DNA of 64,000 bases. It comes from Williopsis jadinii. Its lineage: Eukaryota. Below the pieces are notes generated by a model. It was given only the letters and a program-made list of their open reading frames with translations. It ran no database searches and was not told where the DNA came from. The stretch is from contig AP024664.1 in NCBI GenBank assembly GCA_024346625.1, positions 2,914,001 through 2,978,000 of the forward strand, read 5' to 3'. A program made the translations under genes and the position numbers. This document shows positions 22,155 to 33,389 of this stretch, piece by piece (positions within the stretch are counted from its first letter, which is position 1; each line of letters starts with the position of its first letter).

Positions 22155-23888
22155 ATGCTCTCTAGATCAGTATCACGAGCTGTGGTGAGACGATTCCGTC
22201 CAAGAGTAGCAGCTCCGTCGATAAGGAGACTCGAGGTGTCAAGGGCCCTGTCCACCAAAGATGACGTATCATCGATTCAGTCTCCATCGGAAGCTGTCGC
22301 AAGCGACGTTGCCAGTGGTGGAGGAACCCCATGGTATATGCGTCAGGAAGAGTCTTCAAAGCTGACGACGCCGGTTTTCAAGGCTGAGAAGCCAGAGATT
22401 CCGGAAGGATCGCCTGCTTCTTTGGATAAGATAGTGGATTCGATGATTGATCTCGGTTTGAACGATTTCAAAGTGTTTGATATTAGAGATCGTGATGATA
22501 TTCCAATGTCGTCCATGGCTGAGTTCTGTGTGATCTGTGAAGGCAAATCTGAGAAGCATCTTCAAAATGCTGCGCAAGAGATTGTCACCATGTTGAAACA
22601 TGAATTCAGCGCACAACCCTACGTTGAAGGCATGACCAAACAGAACGAGTCTTTGAAGATGAAGAAGAGACTCAAGATGAAAAAGCCAATCAATGATTTT
22701 GGTGTTGGTGCAAATAGCTGGATAATGATTGACTCCGATACCGGTGTGTTCTTGAACTTGCTAACGCAAGAGAGACGCAGCATGCTCAATTTGGAATATC
22801 TCTGGTGTAAACCGGAAGATAGACCATTATATGAGAACTCAGCTCCACTATCACAACATCCAGACGATTCTGTTTTTGCTGGAATCTTTAGAAGATTTTA
22901 CTCCACGCAAACCGCACAGACCTCTTTGGAATCAAAGGGATTACAATGTTTCCAGCTGAACGATGAAACTACATTTGACACCATTTCACAATCTATAAGA
23001 AATGACCCCAGTGTATCTCTAAACTTCCTTCAAGACATAGTCAACTCACTGGAATGCTCTGATGTGCACCAAACTCTTGAGCTATTTCCAGAAACGAACA
23101 AGTACATTGCATTCTTCAACAAGGCCTTCCCATTGGATCCAACAAGAGATCATTGGAATTTGAGATTCAGAATCCTCTCAATAATGCATAACCTATTTCC
23201 AGAAGCCTACTCTCCAGTGATGTTGGTGAATAACCTGCTGTTGCAAAGCGCATCGGGTTTTGCTATAGAGGAAGATCAACTAAGATCATTTGTTCAATTC
23301 TTGTCTCAATCGTTACTATACAACGATACAAGCAAGGCACGGGATTTGAACAACGTCATACGAGTTTCAAATGAAAGAGCAGATGTCCTGTATCCGGTAC
23401 TGAGATCTTACAACGCAAACCATAGATCGGACTTACCAGACGACATCATATTATCGATCCTCAAATTCTATACACAACAGCATTTATATTCAACTGCCGA
23501 AGAGACACTATCTCTCAGTCCTGTGTTTGATGTGTTACTGGACCTCCTGGGTGATCGTCCGCTATCAGCGGACATTGTGGAAGTTGTTCTTGTATCGTAT
23601 CTGAAAGCCAACAATGTGGATCAGTTCTGGTCTTTCTGGGAATCTCTTCCACGCTATACCTCAAATGGACAGTCTGTCAGCTACGATTCAAGGCCATGGA
23701 ATGTTCTTGCTTCGATTCTGAAGGACAACTATCATGAGAAATTGGTTGATGGATTTTTGAATGATTATGTACGTTGTTTCATCGACAGTAATGATGGGCA
23801 AATCGACGCTGATCTCAAGCACACTATCAATGAGCTCCTTGATAGATTCGATGGAAATGGAACACTTTATCCAGAACTACGCAAATGA
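22155..23888 (+). CDS. ATP25: Mitochondrial Atp25 (RsfS-like N half + mRNA-stabilisation C half)
   Basis: Arg-rich presequence; PWYMR, ICEGKSEKHL, NSWIMID, RRSMLNLEYLW; DSRPW in the C half. Confidence 0.85.
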   Translation: MLSRSVSRAVVRRFRPRVAAPSIRRLEVSRALSTKDDVSSIQSPSEAVASDVASGGGTPWYMRQEESSKLTTPVFKAEKPEIPEGSPASLDKIVDSMIDLGLNDFKVFDIRDRDDIPMSSMAEFCVICEGKSEKHLQNAAQEIVTMLKHEFSAQPYVEGMTKQNESLKMKKRLKMKKPINDFGVGANSWIMIDSDTGVFLNLLTQERRSMLNLEYLWCKPEDRPLYENSAPLSQHPDDSVFAGIFRRFYSTQTAQTSLESKGLQCFQLNDETTFDTISQSIRNDPSVSLNFLQDIVNSLECSDVHQTLELFPETNKYIAFFNKAFPLDPTRDHWNLRFRILSIMHNLFPEAYSPVMLVNNLLLQSASGFAIEEDQLRSFVQFLSQSLLYNDTSKARDLNNVIRVSNERADVLYPVLRSYNANHRSDLPDDIILSILKFYTQQHLYSTAEETLSLSPVFDVLLDLLGDRPLSADIVEVVLVSYLKANNVDQFWSFWESLPRYTSNGQSVSYDSRPWNVLASILKDNYHEKLVDGFLNDYVRCFIDSNDGQIDADLKHTINELLDRFDGNGTLYPELRK

Positions 23889-23926
23889 GGCTGGCTTGCA
23901 ACATAAATAACGAGACATGTATATAT

Positions 23927-24781
23927 CTAATCCCTATTCAAATTACTGTTCAAGTAGTCCACGAACAACGGCACGATTCTATCAACGTCGAGACTTCTCA
24001 CTTTGTTTAGCATAACAAACGTTCTTCTCAGCCTCTGTAACTGGGCATTACTTACTCCTTGTGTTGGAATATCGACAAAGGTATCCTCCTCGATCTTTAC
24101 CCTGCCCGTGTTCATGTCTGCAAATTCAATCACTTTCAGAATCACTCCTTGCGTCTTCTTATCGAGCTCTTGCAAGTAGTTGGTGGCAGTAGCAGGTTTG
24201 AGCATTGTGGCAGCATTGGCTTGTGGGGCCTTCTTTAGAACCAAAGCGTTCCAGATGTCCTCAAATGGCACACCTTCGTCGTCAAATGCTATTGGTATCA
24301 ATGGAGAATCCCAACGGCTCTGTCCATCAGGCTCCTCAAATCTCATACTCAACTGTTTCAGCAGTTCTGGATCCCACTGGTCATCCTGTGAACGCTTAGA
24401 ATTCCACTCCAGGCACTTCTCTACAGAAGCCATCACATGGACAACACAGCATGGCGTCGATAGAGCCTTGGCCTCGCAATGCAGCTGGTATCGAAATCCC
24501 TTGATGTATGCTGGCGAGTCCAAGATAACTATGGTTGTACGTGATAAGTCTCTCTTCACAGCAGATATCTGTAACCCACGCAAGGACTTCTCCGTCACAG
24601 ATTCACGGTACTGTTCTTTCGCTATTCCTAACGACTCATCGGAGTGTAGCACAACCTTGTAGTTAAAACCCGGCTCACCGCCCTCCAGCGAAGCAATTCT
24701 TTCCTCCAATAGCCTTCTCAGCTCATTGGCTCTTCCGGACTTGCCACATGATGGCAGTCCAGAGAAGATCACTAGTGGCAT
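23927..24781 (-). CDS. KTI12: Elongator-associated P-loop protein
   Basis: MPLVIFSGLPSCGKS, YIKGFRYQLHCEAK, RFEEPDGQSRWDSPL. Confidence 0.96.
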   Translation of the reverse strand: MPLVIFSGLPSCGKSGRANELRRLLEERIASLEGGEPGFNYKVVLHSDESLGIAKEQYRESVTEKSLRGLQISAVKRDLSRTTIVILDSPAYIKGFRYQLHCEAKALSTPCCVVHVMASVEKCLEWNSKRSQDDQWDPELLKQLSMRFEEPDGQSRWDSPLIPIAFDDEGVPFEDIWNALVLKKAPQANAATMLKPATATNYLQELDKKTQGVILKVIEFADMNTGRVKIEEDTFVDIPTQGVSNAQLQRLRRTFVMLNKVRSLDVDRIVPLFVDYLNSNLNRD

Positions 24782-24869
24782 CGCGTCCTTTTCTGTTCCG
24801 TGTATACTCTAATTGTGTCTCTTGCAAGTGCGCTGGGCTGGGTTCAGTGTGTTTTTCCCCTGCGAGAGG

Positions 24870-24896
24870 TGAAAAATTCTCGAAGAGGCGATGAGC
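24870..24896. promoter_or_regulatory. RRPE + PAC in the KTI12/MTG1 divergent promoter
   Basis: TGAAAAATT...GCGATGAGC. Confidence 0.7.
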
Positions 24897-24953
24897 TTCT
24901 CCGAGACACAATGAACAGAGCATAGAGGGAACGCCTTCTGATTGGAACGAACA

Positions 24954-26019
24954 ATGACGGCCTCCTCCGCTGCTGCCAAGTTTATACCGAGACTGACCTT
25001 TCCTGAGTATAACATACGACTCTCAGACTTCAAGGGCCATCATCAGAAGGCGCTGAACAAAATGACACAGATTGCTCCCCAGATTGACGTCGTGTTTGAA
25101 GTACGTGATGCGAGAGCGCCGGTGAGCTCACGTAATGTGCTACTAGATCGTCCGTTCTCAAAGGGGAAGAAGGTGATATTATACTCGAAGAAGGATCTGA
25201 GCCGTGTGGATACAGAACTGCTAAGGAAATGGCATGGTGACGAGCCATTCATGTTTGTCGATTGTCATTCCATCCAAGCGAGATGCTCAATACCTGATTG
25301 AAATTGCAAAGCACAAGTTCAACGAGATGAACCCAAGGCCGCCACTGGGACTGCGTATGCTTGTTGCCGGTATGCCCAACGTTGGTAAGAGTACTCTTGT
25401 GAATACGCTTAGAAACGTTGGTCTGGGTAACTCGAAGAAAGTTGCACGCACAGGTGGGCAACCCGGTGTCACGAGAGCTACGAGTTCCATTATCAAAGTT
25501 AACGAGGACCCTGAGATATACCTCTATGACACACCGGGTGTCTTCTTGCCAAAGGTTGACAAAACACAAACGATGATTGTTATGAGTCTGATCGGCGCTG
25601 TCAAGCCTATGGTCGTTGACCCCGTCATTCAAGCAGACTATCTCCTGTACTTGATCAACTTACAAGACTGGACTCTCTATAAAAAGTATCTCAAGCACCC
25701 TACTAATGACATCGATGAGCTTCTAAGATCAGTGAGTAAGACCATTGGCAAGTACAACAAGAGAACAAAGGACTACGACGAGACGGGCACGGCGATCCAT
25801 TGGGTTGACACGTTCAAACAGGGTAAAGCCGGTAAGATCAGTTTCGAGCTCGATGCCGTAGTAAGCAAAGGGTTCGATTTCCAAGAGGCATGGAAACTCG
25901 AGAAGGAGCGTGTCGATTCCATGGATATTTCGCTAAACAGAACCAAGGAGAAGAGGCCTATGACACATAAGGAATACGTTGCCAGCAATGCCAATCAACT
26001 GTTCCACGATGAGCTCTAG
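24954..26019 (+). CDS. MTG1: Mitochondrial ribosome-assembly GTPase, frameshifted at about 25269-25276
   Basis: Two overlapping ORFs carry the N half (FKGHHQKAL, EVRDARAP, SKKDL) and the C half (GMPNVGKSTL, QPGVTR, DTPG). Removing one TCCA copy joins them as DCHSKRDA. Confidence 0.9.
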
Positions 26020-27054
26020 CGCATTGATCCGTAATCTCTCTCCGTATATATGAAAAGGCGCGTGGTAAATAGTGGACAAAAAAGAAACAAACAAGCCAAT
26101 TGGAAACATGGACTCACAATAACCTCTGTCACGTAGAACATGGACTGGTTGGCTGCTTCGTAAGCTCCTTGACACATAACTTTGGTGCCATTGGCTCCAG
26201 TTCCCTACAGTTCGGTCCAAGAGATGTTGCTACCGATACCTCCGTGCCTAAACCCGTCGTTTAGCCCACGGGCCGTGGCTGAACGGTACGGGTAACATAC
26301 GGGGCCCCAGAATCTTTCCGGATGCTTCCGATAAATTCTCGTGTCGACAGGGTAACGCGCTCGGCCAGGGTCTGCGAATCCGAAATGGAAGGAGGAAAGA
26401 AAATTTTTGGCTGCATATGACCAAATCCTCGACGGTGATTCGTCCTTTTAGCCGACATTTCCGGAGAGGTATATAATCAAAACGACGGGTACAAACGCGT
26501 GGAAAATAAGTTTCCAAGAAGTGTCTCAGAGTTCACAGAGTGCATCGATATGGCATGAGGAATTTCATCACAGTGGGGGCGGGAAAAGGCCTCCTCAGTG
26601 CTTTTCCCCATTGTCATATGATGGAGAAAACTCATCTCATGTACTCCATGTTTCTTTGTTCAGACTCTGACACATCATCACTTAGATACAACCCATGAAA
26701 CCAACTCCATCGTATACACTTGTAAGCTGCGGAACAGAGTAGCTGGCCTTGACGTGTACTACACGACATTCCCTTGCTCAATTATCCCACCTCCCCGGCA
26801 GATCCGAAAGTGGTAGAGCCACAGCAACAGTTACGCTGTGCGCTTGTGTCCGAAACCCACGCTGCATCTAAAAGGCGAGCGAAAACGATGAGGCCAATTT
26901 TATATAACGAACTTCAAATCCCATCCCCCTGTACTTGGTTTCAAAAACCGTCGAGACCTCTCTAAGCCCTATACTGTCTCTTAGTTCTATTGACAATAGT
27001 GCCCAACATATACCACAGTGACTGTTTATATCTTTACTGATCTGAACCGTCAAG

Positions 27055-27921
27055 ATGATGAACTCAAGTATGTGAAACGGCTTTTCTTTTTTCCTGTTCC
27101 TCTTGCCTGTGTCGAGATGCGTTGAAGGAAGTGGATTGGGAGAAAAATTTGCTCATAACGGTTGAACAGGGCATGATTTACTAACGATAAGGATCTTAGA
27201 ACCAATGCACCAGTCCCCATTGAACATACAATCTGTTTCCACACCGACTGTCATTAAAACTTCAAAACAATGGGTATTACCACCAAGACCAAGACCCGGC
27301 CGTAAACCGAATAGTGCCGGATGTCAACAAACGCAGAAGAAGGAACCAAAGAAGAGCTACAAGAAGAAGAGCGATCAGAGTAAAGCTGATAAAGCTGTTA
27401 TTAATCCGATAGAAATTGCATTGAAAAAAATCAAGGATGAGAACCAATCGCTTAAAGTTGAACTCTCAAAGCTCGTTTCTGATTTGAAAGCACTCCAAGA
27501 ACAGACTCCGGATGAGGATGACCATCTCATACACAAGAAGAGATCCGAATCAGTTGTTGACTCTGAAGAGGACGAAACGTCTTCACAGATTTCAACGCCT
27601 TCTCTGATGTCGTCGTCGTCGTACATGAGCGCCTCAACTTCGTCGCTAGATTCGATCAAGGAGGAACAGACTTTGAAGATTGATGACTTTTTAACAACTT
27701 CCTTCTTTGAGTCGTCATCCAACTCGATCACCTCTGATTTCCCACCTTCATTGCCATCTTTGAGAGCAAAGAAGACTGAAAATGCCTTTGAATTCAACTT
27801 CCTCAAACAGGAATCTATGAAGCAACAGGAGGTGATGAAAAATGAAGGTTACGATCCACTGTTCCAGTCTGTGAATCCGGATGCTATGGATGTTGATATT
27901 GAGTTCTGGAGCTGGAAATAA
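27055..27921 (+). CDS. Hap4-like (Hap4L motif + coiled coil) regulator of the CCAAT-binding complex; exons 27055-27067 and 27200-27921
   Basis: IKTSKQWVLPPRPRPGRKP. A GTATGT..TACTAAC..TAG intron (27068-27199) joins MMNSK|PMHQ in frame. Confidence 0.85.
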
Positions 27922-28109
27922 AACCGAAAACAATTCCATCTTTAAAGCCTCTGATTGATATTCTTTTCTCACTTTATTTCTCCCGTCTATACAAACAGAT
28001 CAGCTCCCTCAGTCTCAGGTCTTGCAGTACTGCTTTAATGGTTTATTCATCCACCACCACCGTTCCGAAGTTCAAGCAACCATTATGAATCAAATGTTTG
28101 ACTTCTATG

Positions 28110-28145
28110 CATCATCATCATCATCATCATCATCATCGTCATCAT
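28110..28145. repeat. (CAT)9-CGT-(CAT)2 microsatellite
   Basis: Read directly. Confidence 0.9.
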
Positions 28146-30557
28146 TATGACCTCTTTTATCTAACTATTTACGTGCCCCATGAACTACACCGAATATTTT
28201 GTTTTCTTCTTGTCTGAACTCTTACTTCCTTTCAGACGATTGATTCATCACCCTTCTATCCACATCTCCTGAAGTTTATGTCGGAAACGAAGCAACGAAA
28301 ACACATCTTTTTCCACCATTTGTTATGACGATCGAATTCACGTTACAACTTTGCCCGTTTGTTTAATTTGACGTTCTGTTCTGTTCTGTTCTGCTTGCTT
28401 TCCCCTCTTTTGGTTCATATATACAAATATTGGCCTTCGTATATCTTCTAGATGAATATACACCAATTGAGTTATAACGTTCTCCCCCACCAATGTAAAG
28501 TTCTGAATTTTGTCCTTAACACCGTCAATAAAGTTGATATGTATGGAAATTGAGGGGTACTGCAGCCGAAGCTGAGACTCCTCTTCGAAGACTGTTTGAT
28601 TACGCTTTAATAGAGAAGATCTACATTTCGCGAAACCGTTGAAAAAAGTCGTGTGCGCTCAAAAAAGAGCTGTTGATCGGTGGTGTTTCCACTTTGAGCC
28701 TTTGCATTCGGGCAAATCATATCGGAGATTTCTCTTAGGGGTGTGAGCTTTGACAACGACACCACTAGAACGGTATAAGCTGGTGTGGAACTGTCACTGG
28801 CTAACAGCAGAAAGCTACATCAACGTATGTGACATCTACGTGCACGGATCATGCTATCCACATTGATGTATGTGCTGTTGACAGTCACATGTGTGAGCTC
28901 TATAAGATGTACGGATTCTGCGCTATAGAAGAAACAGTGGTGTAGGTAAGATTGTTTCAACTCCGTCTGCATTTCATCATTGGATGGTCTGTGAAGTAAA
29001 GCAGGAAATATCGTCTTTATTGGTGTGGGTTTGATGATGTTGGCCTTACCTCTGGAACCACGGTTGTTGATGTGCCAGTTGATGCAGCACACGTGACTAC
29101 CAACTTCCTTCCCACCATTAGGCTGCGTAGTAGTGCAACCTATATCACATCCGTATGGCTCCGGATAGATTCATGAACTAAGGCTTTGAGATCGAAGGTC
29201 GATTCCATTTTCCGCATAACCCCAACTCGATTTGATACTTTGGCAGCTCATTTCTCCCTAGTGGCACGTATCTTCACCTTTTTGGTCATGCCAATCTGCA
29301 AAAACTGTCGGGCTGCGATGGTTTAAGTACGGAGCGATATAGTATATTTTGTACCGTGAATTAATCCTCCGGTACACCTCAATCCAAAACGAATACCCTA
29401 CATCGGCTTTCTACCTTGAACTACAGAGCTACTATACTTTGCCCTTCAGAGTAAAAGGCATCTTGATTTGTCAGAGTGAGTGGTTGGAAAGGCAGACCGA
29501 ACACATCGATCTCGGTTTTAAGAACGTATAGATTTCTCGAAGGATCTCTACTGCGGGGCCAACCTCCCCCCCCCCATTAAACAGGACACGATCCCTAGCA
29601 CAACAGACGCCAAACATGCAGTTTACCGGCTGAACCATAGAACTGGGACACCACGCCGCTAACTTACTCTGTAATTAAAACACCTTCCAACCCACTAACC
29701 CTCCTCCTCCATTGTCTTCAACATAAATTATTAGAACTATCCACTCCGCATTGTTCACAACAAGCACATAGTCTTGGAGCCCATCTCTTCATTTTAGCTC
29801 GATCCCGGAACTCCAGCCCGGTGGCTCCCCCTCTAGCACAAAAGACCTAATCACAGCCCACAGCCAAGTGTCCTGGCCCTACGTCGCCGTAGGCTATGTT
29901 TTCCCAAAGCGTCGAGCGGGGAAAGAGCACCTGGTTGTGGGCAGATGCCCTAACTTCCAAGGCCACCAGAAACGTCTCCTGAACAAGTGGGACAGGAAGC
30001 TCATCGCACGGAGATTAGAACGTGCATCGACGTCTCCCTCGAGGCCACTACGAGCTACGCGTGATGAGGATACACCATCGCTTGAATTCATCTGAAGGAC
30101 ACTCCATACGCCAACTCTATGGAAGATCCTAGTCGTCGGTCCCAATCTTTTGGCTACTCCTCCTGATATATCGTGGTTCTTTTCGCTCTCCGGTTGTTCA
30201 CCTCTGCTGCGTTTTCGCAGCCGTTTTGTTACCGATGTCGCACAAAGGATCGCAATCCGACTGACTCGAATTGATTACTTTCAAAGGTGTGGGAGAGCTG
30301 TAAACTGTTTCATATGCAGAGAACAGTGCCACTGGCTTCAAGATGACCTCATGGCTTGTATAAGATTCAACGTGTACTGCAAAGCAAAAAAAAAGAAAAA
30401 AGCACTAAACTAATCGAAGGAGAGGACCCCCGCTGGAGTTAAGGACCATATGGGGTTGTGCTTTACAAATTACATCTATGGCAACGACTATAAATACCGG
30501 TTGAGTTTCTCTGTTGTTTAGCCTCCGACGTCTCTTCTCTAATCATCGATCCATCCA

Positions 30558-32123
30558 ATGTTCAGAACATCCACTAAAGTCAGTGCTCTTAGACTTTCCT
30601 TGGCTCTTAGAGCTTCAAGATTGTACTCCACAATCCCACTCAGTGTGCCAGTCACATTGCCAAACGGTGTTACCTATGACCAACCAACTGGTCTTTTCAT
30701 CAACGGTGAATTCGTCCAATCCCGTCAACACAAGACCTTCGAGGTGATCAACCCATCCACGGAGGAGGAAATCTTGCACATCTACGAGGCCCGTGAAGAC
30801 GATGTCGAGGCTGCTGTTGAGGCTGCTTCAAAGGCCTTCGACTCTACATGGTCCACTGCTGACCCAGAGTTCAGAGGACGTGTGCTCTACAAGTTGGCTG
30901 ACTTGATCGATGAGCACGCTGAGATCCTTGCTGGCATTGAATCTATGGATAACGGTAAGTCCCTCTTGTGTTCTCGTTATGATGTTGCTCTTGTCTCCAA
31001 GTACCTTAGATCATGTGCCGGTTTTGCTGATAAGGTTTACGGACGTGTCATTGAAACTGGTAACTCACACTTCAACTACACTAAGAGAGAGCCAATTGGT
31101 GTCTGTGGTCAAATCATCCCATGGAACTTCCCTCTCTTGATGTGGTCGTGGAAGATTGGTCCAGCTTTGGCCACTGGTAACACCGTGGTTCTTAAACCAG
31201 CTGAGGCAACTCCACTTTCCGCTTTATACGTCTCCAAGCTGTGTAACGAGGCCGGTATCCCAGCTGGTGTCGTGAACATCGTTCCAGGTTTCGGTAAGAT
31301 TGTGGGTGAAAAGATTGCTCGTCACCCAAAAATCAAGAAGATTGCATTCACCGGTTCTACAGCTACTGGTCGTCACATTATGGAAGCTGCTGCTCAATCC
31401 AACTTGAAGAAGGTCACTTTGGAGTTGGGTGGTAAGTCTCCAAACATTGTCTTCAACGACGCTGATGTCAAGCAAACCGTTCAAAGTTTGATTACCGGTA
31501 TCTTCTTCAACTCTGGTGAGGTCTGTTGTGCTGGTTCCCGTGTCTACGTCCAAGATGGTGTTTACGAGAAGGTTCTAGATGAGTTCAAGAACGCTGCAAA
31601 CTCATTGAAGGTTGGTGAACCATTCGCTGAAGGTACTTTCCAAGGTGCTCAAACTTCCCAAATGCAACTTGACAAGATCTTGTCCTACGTCAAGACCGGT
31701 TTGGATGAAGGTGCCACCTTGATTGCTGGTGGTGAGAGACTTGGTGACAAAGGTTACTTCATCAAGCCAACCATTTTCGCTGATGTTAAGGAAGACCACA
31801 GAATTGTCAAGGAGGAGATCTTTGGCCCTGTTGTCACCATCTCAAAGTTCTCTACTGTTGATGAGGTTGTCAAGATGGCCAACGACTCTAACTACGGTTT
31901 GGCTGCTGGTATCCACACCACTGATATTAACAAGGCCATTGACGTTGCCAACAGAGTCAAGGCTGGTACTGTCTGGATCAACACATACAACGATTTCCAC
32001 CAACAAGTTCCATTCGGTGGTTACGGTGAATCCGGTATCGGAAGAGAAATGGGTATCGATGCCTTGGACAACTACACCCAAGTGAAGGCTGTTAGAGTCG
32101 CTATCAAGTCCAAGAGCGCCTAA
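30558..32123 (+). CDS. ALD5: Mitochondrial aldehyde dehydrogenase (ALD4/ALD5 type)
   Basis: [42 protein letters not shown]; presequence; strong codon bias; TATAAA at 30489. Confidence 0.9.
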   Translation: MFRTSTKVSALRLSLALRASRLYSTIPLSVPVTLPNGVTYDQPTGLFINGEFVQSRQHKTFEVINPSTEEEILHIYEAREDDVEAAVEAASKAFDSTWSTADPEFRGRVLYKLADLIDEHAEILAGIESMDNGKSLLCSRYDVALVSKYLRSCAGFADKVYGRVIETGNSHFNYTKREPIGVCGQIIPWNFPLLMWSWKIGPALATGNTVVLKPAEATPLSALYVSKLCNEAGIPAGVVNIVPGFGKIVGEKIARHPKIKKIAFTGSTATGRHIMEAAAQSNLKKVTLELGGKSPNIVFNDADVKQTVQSLITGIFFNSGEVCCAGSRVYVQDGVYEKVLDEFKNAANSLKVGEPFAEGTFQGAQTSQMQLDKILSYVKTGLDEGATLIAGGERLGDKGYFIKPTIFADVKEDHRIVKEEIFGPVVTISKFSTVDEVVKMANDSNYGLAAGIHTTDINKAIDVANRVKAGTVWINTYNDFHQQVPFGGYGESGIGREMGIDALDNYTQVKAVRVAIKSKSA

Positions 32124-32196
32124 AAACTTTGTTACGTCTGTTATGAATTTGATATTCCTTTTATTATGTTAACTTTCCCCTGTATTGTCTTCAATA

Positions 32197-32544
32197 TCAA
32201 CTGTAGTATCGTCTCTTCATCTCTCTGTACCTACGCAGAAATATTAGCGTCTCAATCTCTAAAATAATATCGTTAGTATGCCATAACAGGGGACAAGATC
32301 GCTTGTCCTTACCCTTGTATATGTATTCTCCCTTCTCCAACGCCTGGTCCACAGCCTCAGTATCAGTCAATGCGCGATTCCTCTGGAAGCCAGCCTTGAG
32401 CTTCGGCCTGATGTAGTCAATTCCTTGTCTGTGTGTTGGAGATATTAGCGATGCAGTCTTAGAGAAAGGATCATGCCACACTCACGGGTATTCTCTTGCT
32501 ATGTATATGAGCCGTTTATATAGATCTCTCACGCGTGGATCCAT
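32197..32544 (-). CDS. LYR-motif protein, ETFRF1/LYRM5-like; 3 exons (32486-32544, 32313-32428, 32197-32258), 78 aa
   Basis: Spliced MDPRVRDLYKRLIYIAREYPQGIDYIRPKLK...GEYIYKEIETLIFLRRYREMKRRYYS. Confidence 0.88.
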
Positions 32545-32901
32545 TACTTGTACTTGGCTTGCCTTGTTGTTCTTTCTCAGGTGTTCAAGTGAATGTTTCC
32601 ATCCTCTTGGGGATTTTTTGGTGAGAAACCTCGCACATGCCATAATACGTATACGGCTCCATGAGGGATTGCAATCAGGAACACCATTGGATGCGGTTGT
32701 AGGTCTCCTACAGTTTCTAACATCACCGCAAGGGTAGAGATCATTAGATTGATTGGCCAGTTAATTGTGTAACTATGGCGAGTTGAGGATACGTACCTTC
32801 ATGGCGTTAGGAACTGTGCATGAGGGTCCATGATATTGGTTATTTGATATACATTTTATCTTTTGTTCTGTGCAGATGTGTTCGTCAGCGCAAGGAAGCA
32901 C

Positions 32902-33389
32902 TCAGGTGGATCTCAATCTAAGGACGAAGTTAACGACAACAGCCACGAGCAAGAACAAACATAGCATTGTAGGACCGAATCTGTCATCGTAAGGGCCTGA
33001 ACCTCTCTTTCTGATAGCAACTGCTCTCCAGTGGTAGGTCACGAGGGCGTATACCATCGTGGCCATGGCGACAAAGGTGAATAAACCAGCAGATATACGG
33101 CCAACTCTGTCACCAAAGTTGAGCAGACCAACACCCAAACCTCCGAGGACCACGGTGAAGTTCAACCACGAGAGGAAAGTACGTTCATTGGCGAAGAACA
33201 CCTTTGGTTCCACACGAGTAGGAAGCGCAATTCTCTTACCTATATTGTGCTCAGCGTTAGTACACACGTTGTCGCTTCAATCCAGGAGACATGGCCCGGC
33301 CAATTGATCTTGCGGAATCGGCACATCGATAAGACTTAATCTGTAAACAACGTACCTGGAGCTGATTGTAGAAGAGGAGCAGAAGACAT
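32902..33389 (-). CDS. VTC1: Vacuolar transporter chaperone 1; intron 33240-33355
   Basis: [37 protein letters not shown]...GPYDDRFGP. Confidence 0.96.

Noticed and set aside
30061..30166. C/D-box-like words (GTGATGA..CTGA..CTGA)
   Set aside because: No recognisable rRNA guide or terminal stem.
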